Below are positions 10,251 to 23,999 of a stretch of 38,787 bases of DNA, piece after piece. This stretch comes from Ministeria vibrans ATCC 50519. Its lineage: Eukaryota > Protista > Filasterea. The DNA lies in the NCBI GenBank assembly GCA_943704425.1, contig CALSCP010000578.1, positions 1 to 38,787 of the forward strand, written 5' to 3'. Made by a program: the position numbers and the translations under genes. The notes beneath the pieces were generated by a model. The model saw only the letters and a program-made list of their open reading frames with translations, did no database searches and was not told where the DNA came from. Within the stretch, counting starts at the first letter, position 1. Each line of letters begins with the position of its first letter.

Positions 10251-12737
10251 ATGCTTCGCCACACTGTCGTGGTCCTGCACGACTCGGCAGAGGCTGCCCA
10301 CCCCGTGTCGGAGGTGAAGATGCGAAACAGTCACAATCCCGATCGAATTGTCCATCGCCCTCTCTGGTCCTATGTGATTCAAGCGTCCCTTGACTACATC
10401 CGCACCATTCGAGACATTGCCGAGAGCAAGCCCAAGGTACACGCGCCAAGCAGCGATGCAGTCAGCTCAATCCGTCGCGGCCCATTAGATCACCGTTGTT
10501 GTGGCCGATCACAATGACGCTCGCCCTCTCCTCGACTGGCGCGAGAGCGAACACGGCGATGACGCAGCAGTACGACACACACACACACGTCACACAACAC
10601 CTACCCACACACAGCCGTCTACGCATATATGCACTCTCAATCCATCAGAGGGACGAAATTCACATTTTCATTTTTGCAGTTGTGCTCTGCTCTCGAGTCT
10701 GTCGTTGCTCCCACGGAGGCCGCTGCTTCTCGCGCGCTTGACCACCCCGATGTCATTCAGTCCGTGGTGTCTGCCTTATCGCAAATCAGCGGGCCGTCGC
10801 GTGTTGTCGCCGTTGGCTGTGAGCCAATGCAACTCATCGCCTTTGCTAAGGCACTGTCCGCCACTCAATCGCTCCACGATTGCGATGTGGACGCCGTCTG
10901 CCTGTACACTGGCGAACCAAAGGAGAATCCAGGCGTAGCAGACTCCGGACTTGCCTTGGTGCGCGGCAACGCCGCGAGCAAGGCACTGGTGCGTCTCGCA
11001 GGTGCACATTTGCACTTGGGACGCATTGACGTCTGCTGGCAAAACCAAGGCACTCCGCATCACGCAGCACTCGACCTCCCCGTCGGAATTCATCTTGAAC
11101 ACCATCTCACGCATGCGTCAGCGACCGTAGCACAGTCAGAGGGAGCCACGATGCGCACCAAACAGCGCCTGACACGCCAGCTCAGCATGCCCTCAGTGCC
11201 CCTCCATTGGATCACCATCAACGCCCCCTCGGACACCAGTCTCATTCTCCCGGCGTCCACCTGCACCCATCGCACTACTTTTGTCGAGCCGCTTGCTCCT
11301 GCCTCCAGCTGCCTCCTTTCCTATCTCAAGGCGCCCAACAACATTCACCTGGCGCTCAAAGAGACCGCGTCCGTCTGGTCCGACATCACCCACGCCCTCG
11401 TCCTCCACTCCGACGCCTCCCTCCACCTCCACTGCTTTGACCCAGACGCTCGCTCTATTGCCATTCCTCGCCTTCCGTCGTCCAACCCCAACCCCAACGC
11501 AAGCCCGCTCTCCTCCACCAACGTCGTCCCCTCGTTTGCCCAGTCCACCGCCACCTCTGTCTCATCTGTCACCCCCTCCGGGCCGCTCCGCGTCAAATCT
11601 TTTGCCGAACTCATTGTCAACACGCACATGCTCACTGCCCCACCCCAACACGAGCCAGGCGAGCACCCCACCCTACTTCCTTGGTGCTCCTTCCCCTCCC
11701 CCACCGCCACTGGGACTCCAATCAGTGCTCCCTGCTCCCTCACACACCACACGCGCTTCTTCCCTCTCGTCTCCTCCGCCACGGTCCTCTTTGGCGACCA
11801 CGCCCGCCACATTGCCGCCCGTCTCCACCCCCTTCCCTCCATTCTTGTTCACAGCCCATCCCTTTCCCCCGACACCGTCGCCCTCTGTGCCAACAAGCTC
11901 CGTCTGGTCCTCACCCCAGACCCCCAACTGGCCCCAGCACTTCGTCCCGAGCAGCGCGACGCATTTGCCCTCCGTCTTTGGGACGAGCTTGCTGCCTTTG
12001 CTGCCGCCTACGCTGCCACCTCCACNNNNNNNACGAGACACTAAAGAGAAGCGGACGCGAAAAACAGAGCATTGTACTGATGCATTATGGATTGTCTTAT
12101 GTGTTTTAGTCATCGGGAATTGTATAAGCAACTGTTGGAATTGCGATTGCCTCGCGCAGTCAAACTCGATATGATCCAACACAAACAACAGGGGGGATCT
12201 CTTTCGGCAGAAGCAGCGCAAAGTAAAAAAAAAATTCGCACATGCACACGCGTCACTCTAAACTCAAATGTGACTCACACGCGTCATTCTAAACTCAACT
12301 GTCACGTCACTTATCTGTGACTCACTCTAAACTCAACTGTGACTCACACACGTTTTTACACAGAAGTTGGACTGGCTCAAATGCGGCACAACGCAACACT
12401 CACCACACGCGAACGCCATGACCTCGAAAGCGCAGACACTAACAATGCACATGGCATCGCCGAGCGCACCACAGAAACCGCCCGCTCCAAACGCGCACTG
12501 GCCACTGTGGACGATGTTGTTGCACGCGCACTCGAAGAACACCCGCTCGAGCACCCTGTCTCGACGGACCCCGAGACCATTTCTCGCGAGGCAAAGCGCG
12601 CTCGTCGTGCTGCAGTCGGTGGTGCAGAGTCGCTTGTGGAAAGTGTGGTGCGCAGTGCCACGGAGGGCACCAAACTGAAGAAGGAATTTTATGGAATTAT
12701 CAAAGCTGGTCACACCAAAGTGAAAGAGAGAAAGTAA
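10251..12737 (+). CDS. INTS13: Integrator complex subunit 13 / Asunder homolog (multi-exon, spans a 7-N gap at 12026-12032)
   Basis: HTVVVLHD..LWSYVIQASLDYIRTIRDI, ASSCLLSYL..ITHALVLH..LHLHCF, RVKSFAEL, HTRFFPLVSSATVLF and terminal SLV..KKEFYG match Asunder conserved blocks as I recall them. Confidence 0.72.
12250..12352. repeat. Intronic tandem repeat (TCTAAACTCAA / TGTGACTCAC units)
   Basis: tctaaactcaa occurs 3 times and tgtgactcac 3 times within the last INTS13 intron. Confidence 0.8.
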
Positions 12738-12819
12738 ACAAAAAAAGTCATGTTGTATATCAAAATCAAATACGTATAGTGTACAACGAGGGAAAAAGAG
12801 GGGAGGGAATGACAAAGAG

Positions 12820-13711
12820 CTATCTCTCCTCGTAAACACTGCCTGGCAGTACAGCCTCCTCGCCGTACTGGTCAGGCTGTGTTTCGTGCGACAGAGTGCG
12901 TCCGGCGACAGGACGAGTGCGCTGGCGAGAGCTCGCTCGCGATCCCGACGAGAAGGGCCGGTGGGTGGTGTCGTTGGCGTTGGTGTTGTTGTTGTTGTCG
13001 AGCCAGGCGGCATTGGCGGCGCCGGTGAAGCGAGGACGCTCCATGCTTGGCGAGTCGTCTGTTGAGGGCGGTGACGCCGAGAAGGAGTTGTCGTGGTGCG
13101 GAAACACCATGCTGGGCGCCTGTGTCGCAGGCTGGTGGCCTCCTCCTCCTCCTGTGTGCATGGTGGGCGTGGCAGCGCGACTCGGGATCTTCTGCGGTCG
13201 GTGACTCTCTTCAAAGGTCGTTTTGCTGTCACTTGAATCCGCCGCAAACAGAGTCAAGAGCGAGTGAAACTGCGAGCGCGGCACGTCGTCTGCAGAAGAC
13301 AAGCAAAGGGTAAGTATTGCGCAGTAGCGTAGGGGTAGGTAGCAAGTGAGAAATGGAATATGTGCATTTTTTTTCCGGCAACATAGCAACGAAATAGCAA
13401 CGGGCACATTGGGAATGTGAAACACTCGTTTCGCACCGTCGTAGTGTGCTGCACGCAGCTTGACAGAGCTGTGGGGTCCATGCAGCTCGGTATCAAGTCG
13501 CTTCCGGCGGTGGCGTCTGCGCATGTGAGCACAAGTGAGTCGTTTTCTTTTTTTTTTTTTTTTTTTTTTTTTTGTGGTGAGGTGACAACATTCCATTGAT
13601 TGACTTTTGACAGTCTTACTTGTGCAACTGCCACGCTCCGTAGAAGATGCCGCACACAAAGACGATGAGTGCAATGAAGACGATGACACCAGGGACCGTC
13701 GAGCCAGACAT
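12820..13711 (-). CDS. Single-pass membrane protein with disordered cytoplasmic tail (3 exons), unknown function
   Basis: Spliced MSGSTVPGVIVFIALIVFVCGIFYGAWQLHK|RHRRKR.. gives a TM helix followed by a basic stop-transfer segment. Introns are GT-AG and in frame. Confidence 0.6.
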
Positions 13712-13822
13712 TGCAAATTATGTGTGAAAGTGTTAAAAAGATAAGATAACCGATAATTGTCTCATATAATTGACCCTCATTTTTATTAATTATATTTTTA
13801 TTTTTTATTTGTCGCGTGTGTA

Positions 13823-14437
13823 ATGTCCTCACCCGACATTACGGTGGTGCCTCCTGACGATGAACCGGAGCGGGAGACGTCGTCGGTAGCTCTTTATAAA
13901 ATTGTATCCGCGATCAATGAATTGTTTACGTTTTGTGCTGTGCTTTCCAGCCAGTTGTGACGGACGCCGACGGATTCGTGCGCGTCTGCCATGTGCGGGA
14001 CCTCAAGTCGGCATCGTCGGGACACGTATCGAATGAATGAGTTGGACGGCGCCCAGTCACCCCTTCTCCGTCTCTTGCAGCTGGTGACCATTGGCGCTCG
14101 CCCCATTGCCCTCTTCCAAGCACACGGAAAGGTGCATGCCCTGGACAGCAAGTGCTACCATGCAGGCGGGCCGCTCCACATGGGCGACATTGAGGACATC
14201 AAGCCCGGCACGGCGTGCGTTGTGTGTCCCTGGCACCGCTACAGGATATCGCTCGAGACCGGCGAAGGCTTCTTCCACTCCTTCGACCCCTACCATCGCG
14301 ATCGGCCCTCCAAGCTCTGCTCAAAGGGTCCGCGGCAACGTACCCATCGAGTCCGCGTCGACTCCGACGGCCACATTCACGTCGCTCTCAACACCAGTGG
14401 TGACTTGCCCTCTGATCACTACATTAAGGATTTGTAG
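13823..14437 (+). CDS. RFESD: Rieske [2Fe-2S] domain-containing protein (3 exons)
   Basis: CYHAGGPL..GDIED..CPWHRYRISLETGEG..SKGPRQRTHRV motifs. Confidence 0.85.
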
Positions 14438-14636
14438 TTTGTAGCTGTAGCTCTGTACATTTATGTATGTGTACGTTCTGTTGCGCACAGGATTTTACCT
14501 GTGCCTCCGTTTATTGACTCACTTCACTTCTGTCGTGGGGTTTAGCAGTGGGTTTATAAACTTTTTATGTCTTGCACTTTCGCCATTACAGCACTCGAAT
14601 TTGTATTTATTTTGTATTCCCTGTCTCTCGATATGT

Positions 14637-16679
14637 TTACAATGAAACGCTTCCTAGGCGATGAAGGACGTGGGCAAGGGAGGCTATCTGGGGCACACGC
14701 ATAAGCTCGAGCACAGAGGAACGCACGTGCACGCACACCGGATGGTCTGCAAGACCAATAGCTGACGCACGGTAGTAGCAGGCGGCAGGGACCAACGACG
14801 CCATGGCACACACCAACAGAAACAACACAAAGCGCAGCAGCGTCGACCACGCCGAAAGACCCAAGCGCTGTTGCTCGCGTTCCCGCTGACGCAACACGCT
14901 CGCACCAATCAACGCGACACACGCATCGTGCGCCTCGAGCGCCTGTGCATGTACACGCTTGTTGGCTCCTTTCGTGCTCAACCCATGTGCCACGTCCTGC
15001 AACGACTCAACCACGCCCAGATTCTCCACTGCCCATTCCAACCCCACATTCACATTCCCTCCCTGCCGCACACGCACTACTCCAGCTCCCTCTTCTTCAG
15101 ACGGTCCGTTTCGAAGGTAGCGCAGCAGAGCAGTTGACTGTGGCAGCTTCGCTCCAAACACCACCCGCCACTGCTTCCCACACCGCACCCCGTCCAGCTC
15201 AAGACACATCACAACATATCGCAACATCTATAAAAAAAAATACAATAAATAATCATATTAATATCACACACACATACACACACACAGCGAGCTAGTCTAA
15301 CGTACTCCCTGCGACAACATTGTGCCTGCCTTGGCAAAGAGTGCATCAAAGTGCGCCGAAGGCTGTGTTGCAATCGCAGCGCGCATCAACACAGGCATGA
15401 CAGCCTGCATCCGTCGACGTAGCTGAAGCACCCGCGGCGATGCCCGCTCCATCACCTCGAGTCCTTCCGCAAACGCAAACAACTGCTCCACTTGTGCACT
15501 CGTCACCACTCCAGCTCGCTTGGTGGTCACCTCACTTCCACTGCTGCTCGCCAGCTGGTCCGCAATGCTCTCAGCGACATCCACAACAAACTCTAAACAT
15601 AGTAATAATAATAATAATAAGATTATTATTATTATTATTATTATTATATTAGTACTATTAATATCAATATTCAAAGCCATAATTTTGGTATACTTTGGAG
15701 GACGGCAGCGCCTGAGGTGGATACGAGCACTGGGAGCATCAGAGAGGCCCAGGCGACAAGACGAGACGATGTGTATGGCGTCTGAAGGAGTGCCCAGAAA
15801 AGGGCAAACGTCTCGGACGTCTGAAATCGCTTTTGATGCTGCACGACAAGAGACTCAATCTGTCCATCGAGACAGTGTGGATGTGCTGTGACCAGACTTG
15901 CAATGGCAAGACGCAACGCAATTTGTAGACACTGGCTGCGGGATTCTTCGTCCTCCATCGAGATCACAAGCACTCCAAAGGCCAGGGTCGCCGCATCGCG
16001 GCTCAGCGTCGATGCAATCTGCTCCAACGCGTGCCGAAGTGGCTCGGGCGCGGAACTCTGCGGTGTGTTCAACTGCTCCAGAGACAGCTGCGTCAGCACC
16101 GGCGCATCGCTCAGCGTGTATTTCTTCACAGTGCTCATGATGACCTCGGTGGCACACAGAAGAGGGTACTACAATGAAATGTTGAGAGGGAAAACAGAAG
16201 AAAAAAAAAGAAGAAAAAAAAGGATGTTTGGTTATGACATACCTCTTTTCGATCGGGAACCGTCTCACGGCCCTTGTTTGCTGCCTCCATCACCGCCTTT
16301 ACATTAACCTGGGCGAGGGCTTCGCTCATGGTTGCCGTCGGGCGCAAAGGGCGCGATCCGCGGGCGCGATCGCGCTGACTTTCGCGTTGCTTGCGTGCGC
16401 GCGCTGCGTCCTCCTCGGCCTTCTTCGCGTCAGCCTTGGCCTTGCGCGCCTCCTCCTCGGCCTTGAGTCGCTTTCGCTCTTTGCCGTTGAATGCCTCGTC
16501 GTAGCGCGTTGTCGTCCCAAGAGGAGCTACAGCAGCAGATGAGGAGGGATGTGAATACGTGTCATGTCGCAACAGAGTTGCTCACTTGAGGCAACATGGA
16601 TAGGTGCCGCCTTGGCCTTCTTCGGCTTGTTTTGTGACGTGTTCTTGCGCCCGCCGACGGTTTGCCATGGAGTTGACAT
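14637..16679 (-). CDS. TMEM214: TMEM214-like (DUF2359) ER membrane protein, multi-exon
   Basis: N-terminal WQTV motif, FWALLQ..RLVAWASLMLPV, CLELD..C..QW...LPQSTALLRYL, and a C-terminal TM helix. Confidence 0.65.
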
Positions 16680-17028
16680 GATGTGTGCAAAAAAAATATT
16701 CGAAAATAAATCGAAATGAATAATCGAGATTACTTACTATACAAATGTTCAGGTGTGAGTTAGCATTTAGCAATTGACAATTCTTCATCTTCTGACGTGT
16801 TTTTAAGTAGTTATAAGTTAGTAGGGGCGCTCCAGCCCCTCTCCGATGCAAGAATTTTATTAAATAATACCTCACTGCCTTAATATATGTGTTGTTCTTC
16901 TAATTATTATACGAAAATATTATTGACGCTCCAAGTCTATGGCGAAAGCATGTATTATTGTATTAGTTTTTTCCTTGCGCAAATTGTTCACTTCAATTAT
17001 TTCTCCATAGTTTCTCCATTACTTCTAT

Positions 17029-18869
17029 TCAAAAATACTTCACTCTTCGTCTCGTTGGAACCTCACGCAGAGTCAGAGCCCTTTGTGTCTCAGCCTCAAC
17101 ATACGCTTCAAACTCCCTCTCATACTCCTGATCAACACAAAACAAACGCATAATTATTTATTATTATTTAATAATAATAATTATTGCTAATTCTTACCTT
17201 CTCCTGCTCAATCAGTCGCATTGCCTCGTCCTTTCTCTCTTGTTCCTCTCTCAATCGCTCTTCCTTTTGCTTTTCCCACTCCAAAACTAATTCTTTCTGT
17301 CTCGCTTGTTTCTCATTCTGTTCCATCGTCTCCTCTTTCAATGCTCTTTCAGTCATAATCAACAGATTTTCTCTTTCTACAAAATAATAAGGTCGCCTTG
17401 TGCTTTTTCCTCTCTTTGTATTTTTTTTTACCTTTCAGTTTCTCCAATCGACTCTGTCGAATCTTTTCCTGCTTTTCCTCCAGCTAAACCCAAAAAGATA
17501 CAAAATCAATCACAATCAACGATAAACATTGGCTCTCACCTCTCGCTTGCGCTCTTCCATCACAAACCGTTTCAGTTTGTTGCGCATCGCTCTTTCTCTT
17601 TCCCACTTCTGCTCCATTTTCTCCCACATTTCGTTGTTCTCCTTCACATACGCTCGTTCCAACATCTCTTCTCGCTCCCGTTCCTTCTCCTTTCGCTCCG
17701 CCAAATATCTCCAATACATTCCCCACTGTTCCCGTTTCGTTTCTTTTGCAGTCGCCTCCTGATCATTCTCAACAAAACTCCCCGCCAGCAAACTCATCTC
17801 CCGCATTTCCAGCTCAATCCTCTCCCGTTCCTCTCGCGCCCGTTCCCTCCGCTGTGCTTCACTCTGCCATTTCCAATGCTGAACTCTTTGCCGCTTTTCC
17901 CGCTCTTGTTCCTCCTCCCGTTGTTCCCGCTCTTCCTTCTCTTCCAACTGTGCCTTCTCCCGTGCCACAATCGCTTCTTGTCGCTTCAGTTCGTCTGTCT
18001 CCCGCGCGTGTCTTTGCAACTCTTCAATGTGCAATCGCAATTCTGCTCCATATTCCTACAAAAACAAACAAACAACGAAATGAGTCTCGTGTGTGTTTGT
18101 ATGTGTGTTTCGCACCAGCTTCGCTTTTCTTTGCGCAATGCGCTCCTCTTCCATTGCTTCGCGCTCTTGCTGAGCCTGCTGCACAGTAAGCTGCTCTTCA
18201 AGTCGCCTTTGGCGCTCTTGCTCCATTTCCTGCTCCACCTTGCGCGCAATGGCTCGTGCGCGCTCCTCCAGCACCTGCTCGTGTGCGACCTTTGTTTGGA
18301 TCGCGCGCAGCTCCGGAACCGATTCAAAGTCGCGCTGGCGCAACAGCTGACGTGCCGTCTCAGCACGCTCACTCTCGCGTGCCGTGCGAAGTTCCTCCAC
18401 GCGGGCTTTCATTTCGGCGAGACGACCGTTGGCAGTGGCGTTGACACTGTTGCTCTCACCCTCAACGACGTCAACGGCGCTTGTGGTGCTGCTGGCAGTG
18501 CTGGCACCGTTGGTATGAGGCGAAGATGAGCTTTCTGGTTCTTGGGGAGTCGTCCACGCATCTGTGTGTGTGTGTGTGTGTGTTTGTGTGTCACTCAGTC
18601 AATGTGTGACAAAAATTCAAATTCACACACAGTTTTCAATTTTTCACATTCTGCTTACGACGAACGGAGCGAGCGTCCCATGCAGCATGCCTTGTGGCAA
18701 CTGCCTCGGCTTGCTTCAAGTGGCGCACGTACTCTTCGTTGCGGCGGTGGCGGATGTGCGCGTGAGACTGTACGACCGATCAAAAATCAGACGCACATTC
18801 AAAACAATCTCCTTTATTTTGCTCAGAAGATGAGGGTACCCGCTGAGAAGGCTCGACCCACGAAAACAT
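17029..18869 (-). CDS. CFAP53: Trichoplein/TPH-family coiled-coil ciliary protein, CFAP53-like (multi-exon; start approximate)
   Basis: MKARVEELRTARESER..ELR and WEKMEQKWERERAMRNKL..V..RK blocks in an E/R/Q-rich coiled coil. Last exon ends RRVKYF*. Confidence 0.65.
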
Positions 18870-19713
18870 GGTGGTGGTGTGTTGCAAACGAAGTACGTGC
18901 TGTTTCAGTGGATCACAAAGAGAAGTGACTGTGTGTGATGAGTCATCGATGAGTCATGTCATAACTATAGAGAGAGAGAACTCTACCCAATAAGAAAGTA
19001 ATGCTCAAATGACAAGTAACCCAATCCCCATATCACAAATTGCTTTTGCCGTACACTATTACACTTCCCAGAGCACTGTCTGAAGTCTGAACACCCGCGG
19101 GAATCTCCCAATGTCCCGTGTGACATTCACTCGGTCGATAACATTAAATTTGTGTCATCAATTGCACATTTGCACTTCAACTTAAAAGTTTTTTATATAT
19201 CTTCCCGCTACTGCATTCTCGCCATCATTCTCTCGCAAACGCTGTCGAAGGAGTATCCCTCCAAACCATTGTAAGCTTTTTTTTTTTATCTCTCACGAAA
19301 GCAAAAAAAAAGAAAAAAGAAAAAAACGAAAAAGAAAAGAAAAAACTTCGACCAACGCGTATCTGCGTTATACGGCCGCTGTTGCACTTGGCTTGCGCGC
19401 ACACAGGGCCAGTATTCCATTGTAAATGATTTCATGCGAGCTGCCGGCCGCTTCTGCGCCGCCATCTCGTCCAATGTGACACAACGCTGACAAAGTCGAG
19501 TTTTTTCAACGTCGTCTGGCGTCGCCGCATGCCCTTGCACGCCTTCTCCACCCCTTCCAACGCGCTTCTGTTGTTTCTCTACTGGTGTGTATGCACGCGC
19601 CAGAGTCCCTGCTGCTCCGCATCTACTGATTTGCGCTCTCTGGGCCGAAAAAAACGAGAAAAAGAGAGAAAAAAAAGGAAAAAAAGTCGAAAAACAGTTT
19701 GTGTGTGTGTAGG

Positions 19714-21116
19714 ATGTCGTCGGCAAGGAGTGGACAGCACACGGCCGACGCAATGGACAGACCGGGGTCGCGCAAGGGCAAGCCCATTGTGATCAAGGCG
19801 ATCGGCGAAGGAGTCAGCAACACCGCCAACTCGCTCAAGGCGCATCTGCAGCGCGCCCACCGCGCCCGCGACATCGAGCTGATCGTCTTCTACCGCCGTC
19901 TCCAGCGCCACTACAACGATCGCGTGAAAAACAGCCACCCACGACCGGTGGTCGAAGACTTTGATGGCGCACTTGAGGTAGACGTACTATTGTGTAGCAC
20001 ACTGACTGACCGGGTCTTTCTTTTGGGGGTGCGTAGCGGAGAATATATGCGCCGGGGGATGCGGAGGGCACCATACGAATGCAATTGCTGCCGCAAGAAC
20101 GAACCCGTTGGTACACGGGCGATCCACACACTAAAGTACTGGGCATTCTATATTCGTGTTTGAAATGCGAGGATGACACTCTCGACCTGAGCCGAAAGAA
20201 CCGCGTCACCGAACACCTTGCTCAGTACCACCACGACATTTGCCAGAGCGAAACCATCGTGTTGACCAGTGGGGCCATGCGCTCTGTGTTCCGCTGCACC
20301 ATCTGTAAGTTCCAATGCGAGTACCAGGCACAATTTCTCGACCACTGCAACGAAAAGCACGCGCGTGGCGATTCTTTCAACGGCCACGCCAAACAGCTGC
20401 CACGCGACAAACTCCTGGCGAGCTGGGATTCAGTGCTGCCACACTTAGACCGCGACGAACTTGATGCCATCCCGACAGACTGTGACCGCGAGTGTCTTGG
20501 CCAGGATACCTCCCTTGAAAAATCCGAACCCGCTGCAAAACGCTCCGCTCGCCGAAAGGCTCCCTACAGGAAAGGAAACCTTTCCAAATTACGAACAGGT
20601 GCTGCTGTCGTAGCTGCCGTCGCAGCAACGCCTGCATCACCCACAACTCCTACACTCCCCATGCCTCTCCCGGTACCCGCAATTCAACAACACCAACAGC
20701 TAGCAACGCACTCCCCGCCAGTCATGTACGGCCAAGGAGGCGCACACCAACAGTTCGCAGCCCCGTTTCAGGGCTCTGCCTTTCAGCCTACCAGCTCCTC
20801 GTGTCCCAACTGCAGCTATCCCATTCCAGGGATCAGCATCGAAGAACAAGCAGCGCATGTCCTCACCTCCCTCGCACCCAACATCCAGCGGCGGGAACAG
20901 CAGCAGCAGCAACAACAACAACAACAACAACAACAGCAGCAGCTGCTGCTGCTACAGCAACACCAGCACCAGCAGCAGTACGCGTTCTCGTCGTCCACCT
21001 CCATCTCCACCACCACTACCACTGGGTCCTCCTCTACCGCACACGCACGTGCGCAGCACGAGACGACCAGTGACGATGGCAGTAACAACACCACACAGTC
21101 CGAACGCAGTCAGTGA
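19714..21116 (+). CDS. C2H2 zinc-finger protein with polyQ/low-complexity C-terminus (putative transcription factor)
   Basis: Intron 19978-20036 joins the two ORFs in frame. Fingers CLKC..HLAQYH and CTIC..HCNEKH, basic NLS-like KRSARRK, polyQ tract. Probable 5'-UTR intron at 19271-19712. Confidence 0.78.
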
Positions 21117-21178
21117 ATGCGTTCTTCTACAGTTTAACAGCACAATCAATAATTTTGGTGAAAAAAAGGAGGCAGGTT

Positions 21179-23999
21179 TTAAGAGGAGAGCACAGTCGTT
21201 GCACAATCAACTAGAGCATTCCAACATGCATCAATAGCCAACAGAGTAGTGAGACGAGAACCAGGCACAAAGCGCAATAGATAGACACCATCGACGATAG
21301 TGTGAACCAGGAAGAAGCGCGCAGTGGCCGACAGGGCCTCAAGAAGTGCCTCGCTCGCCTCGTTGCCCGCCTAATGTGTGTGTCAGTATTAGCATTTTCT
21401 TTCACTTTGCGCACAGAGTTAGTTCTAATTCTCTCACGTAGCATGAGCGAGAGAGAGAGAGAGAGAGAGAAACTTTGACTGGGAGAATTGAGTGAATGCT
21501 CACAATATGTGCAAAAATTGTCTTTCTCACTGTGAGTGTGAGTATTGGCTCTCTCACTTGAAACTGTGTTTGTGTGGGGGATGTTTTGTATGTGTGTGTG
21601 TGTTGTGTACCTTGAGATGGAAACAGACGAGACCAATGTTACACGAGCGCATCACAAACCGCTCGTCGGAACGCACTTTCTCCGCAAAATATTCAGCCCA
21701 CTCAATGTCCTGACAATAAACAACAAAAATAATTATAAAAAATAATTATTATTAATTAATAACAATAATAATTATTATCATTAATTTTTATAATCTCATA
21801 ATTGTAAACTATAAGGTCGAGAGAGGTCATTAATGGATTCCTTACGCGACGGAAGAGACTCTGCAGACGGGAAATGCCCCATCCACGCAATGTAAACCAG
21901 ATCTTCAGAGAGCGGAAACGACGACCCAATGGAATCTGACACAAGACGGAGAAACAAAGAAGCAGGCATGAAAATTAAACGAGGGTGTGAAAAGATACCC
22001 AGACACACAAAACGCTCATATATTATATAAATATATCAACCAGACAGAAGGAAAGAAAGATCTCTAAAGTATGTCCAATTACACAGACACACAACAACAC
22101 AACAGAGAGAGCGCGTGTATATGAGTGAGGTTGGCGCACCTGCATGTGTCTGAAGTCCAAGACTTGACCCGCATCCGACGCATGATTCTTGAGATACTCG
22201 GGATTGACTGTAAACGCCCGAATCAGATCATTACGTTGCGTCACCCACAGGGCAGAGCAGTCAAAGTGCACTGGAAACCTACACATAGTGAGAGAGAAAA
22301 AAAAATCATTTTACTTCCTTTTCCGTTTTACTTTTACCATTTGTGGAGATTAAAATTGAACGAATCAGCGCCTTCGAGACCTTTGAAACGATAGCGCTGC
22401 TCAGGGCAGATGAGAGCAGCTCCCGCATAAGCAGCATCAATGTGAAGCCACAAGTCATGCGCATCACACACCGCTGAGAGAAGACAATAAAACAAAGACG
22501 CACAGTGATTGAAAGGAACAGAGACAAAGAAAGGTGAGAGAGAAAGACAGAGAAAAACACAATATTTGTTATAATGGGATACGTTTCATCGAGTGGGCGT
22601 CATCAAAGGCGCATGTGCTTGTCGTTCCATGCGTCGCACACACAAAAAACGGAACAAGTCCCCTAAAAACCACACACACACACACGCAGATAAATTAGAA
22701 AAAGAAATGCAAAGACTTGTCCGTTCTAACTTTGCTTTGTCTTCTTCAATGGCCTTTGCCAGAATCTCGCCATCAATGTCATTTGTGCCCACCTTGCTCT
22801 TCAGTGCTCGATACTTCACTCCAGCAATCTACACATAAAAATACCATAAGAGTAACAACACACATACACACACACAAAAGTACAACTCTTCATACCATTG
22901 CGGCTTTCTCGACGGAAGAGTGGGTTTGACAGGAGAAGTAAGCAATGAGACGGGTCATAATGACGGCCGTGTCCTCGTGCGTTTCGGCGTGAATGCGCTG
23001 GCAAGCCTTGGTACGAGCAGCAAGCATGCACACCAGGACAGCCTCGCTCGCTGTGCCCTGAATCACTCCACCTCCTTTGCTCTTCACTTGCGCCTGTGCA
23101 TTGTGAAAGCGCTTAAGTGAACAGCTCTCTCTATCACTTTGTTGCTTTCTCCTCCACTCTTTATCAATTATTTCTTTCTCCCTTCTTTTTTTTTCTCTTG
23201 TTGTTAATCTTACGTCATGGTCGGTTGATCCGTCTGGGTTGTAGAGCATTGAACGAGGAAGACCCATTGCGCGACCGAGCCAGTCCATCATCACCGTCTC
23301 CAACTCGGTACATGCGGGACTGAAACATCACATCAGCATCAACATCTCTAGCATCGCCAACACACACAACGCTCACTTACTTACTCACACACACACACAC
23401 ACACAAAGACAGACAGACGCGCACACACACACACACATACACACCACAAAAACACACACACACACACAAAGACAGACAGACACACCATATAACAACGGTG
23501 TGTACCTGCAGATCCAGCTAAAGCCAACGCATCCAAGAGCACCACTCAGCATGTCACCTTATAATGAGACGAACGAATTAATACATTGTGCTGCCGTTAG
23601 TTTTGTGCATTGCATTGCATCTTGTTGGACATTCTCCATTCTTTCTTCTCTCCTGTTCCGCTTACCAAGCATCGACTCAAAGCTGCTGTTCGCCGGAAAG
23701 TACGCATGGAAATGAGGACTCTGCCAGTGGGTCATGCCCGGCATGATCACACGCTCAATGTCTGTGCAGAGAGACAGTCACACAATCATCATTCAGTCTC
23801 GTTCGACAATCCAATTTTACGGACCTTTCATGACTTCGCTCCACTCTTCAGGCTCCTGCGGTGCATCGGCCGGTATCAAGGGTCGCAGATAGCCCGGCTC
23901 GACTTGGGAAAGGACGTTTTTGTCGCCCAGACTCTGAACATGATCGCAAATCCAATCGATCATCTCCTTGCCCCGCTCACGAAACTCTTCCACGTCCAT
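21179..23999 (-). CDS. DDC: Aromatic L-amino-acid decarboxylase (group II PLP-dependent, DDC/TDC family), about 10 exons
   Basis: [72 protein letters not shown] and [12 protein letters not shown] motifs. Confidence 0.92.

Noticed and set aside
17306-18529. 407-aa Leu/Phe-rich plus-strand ORF
   Set aside because: Antisense shadow of the E/R/K-rich CFAP53-like gene.
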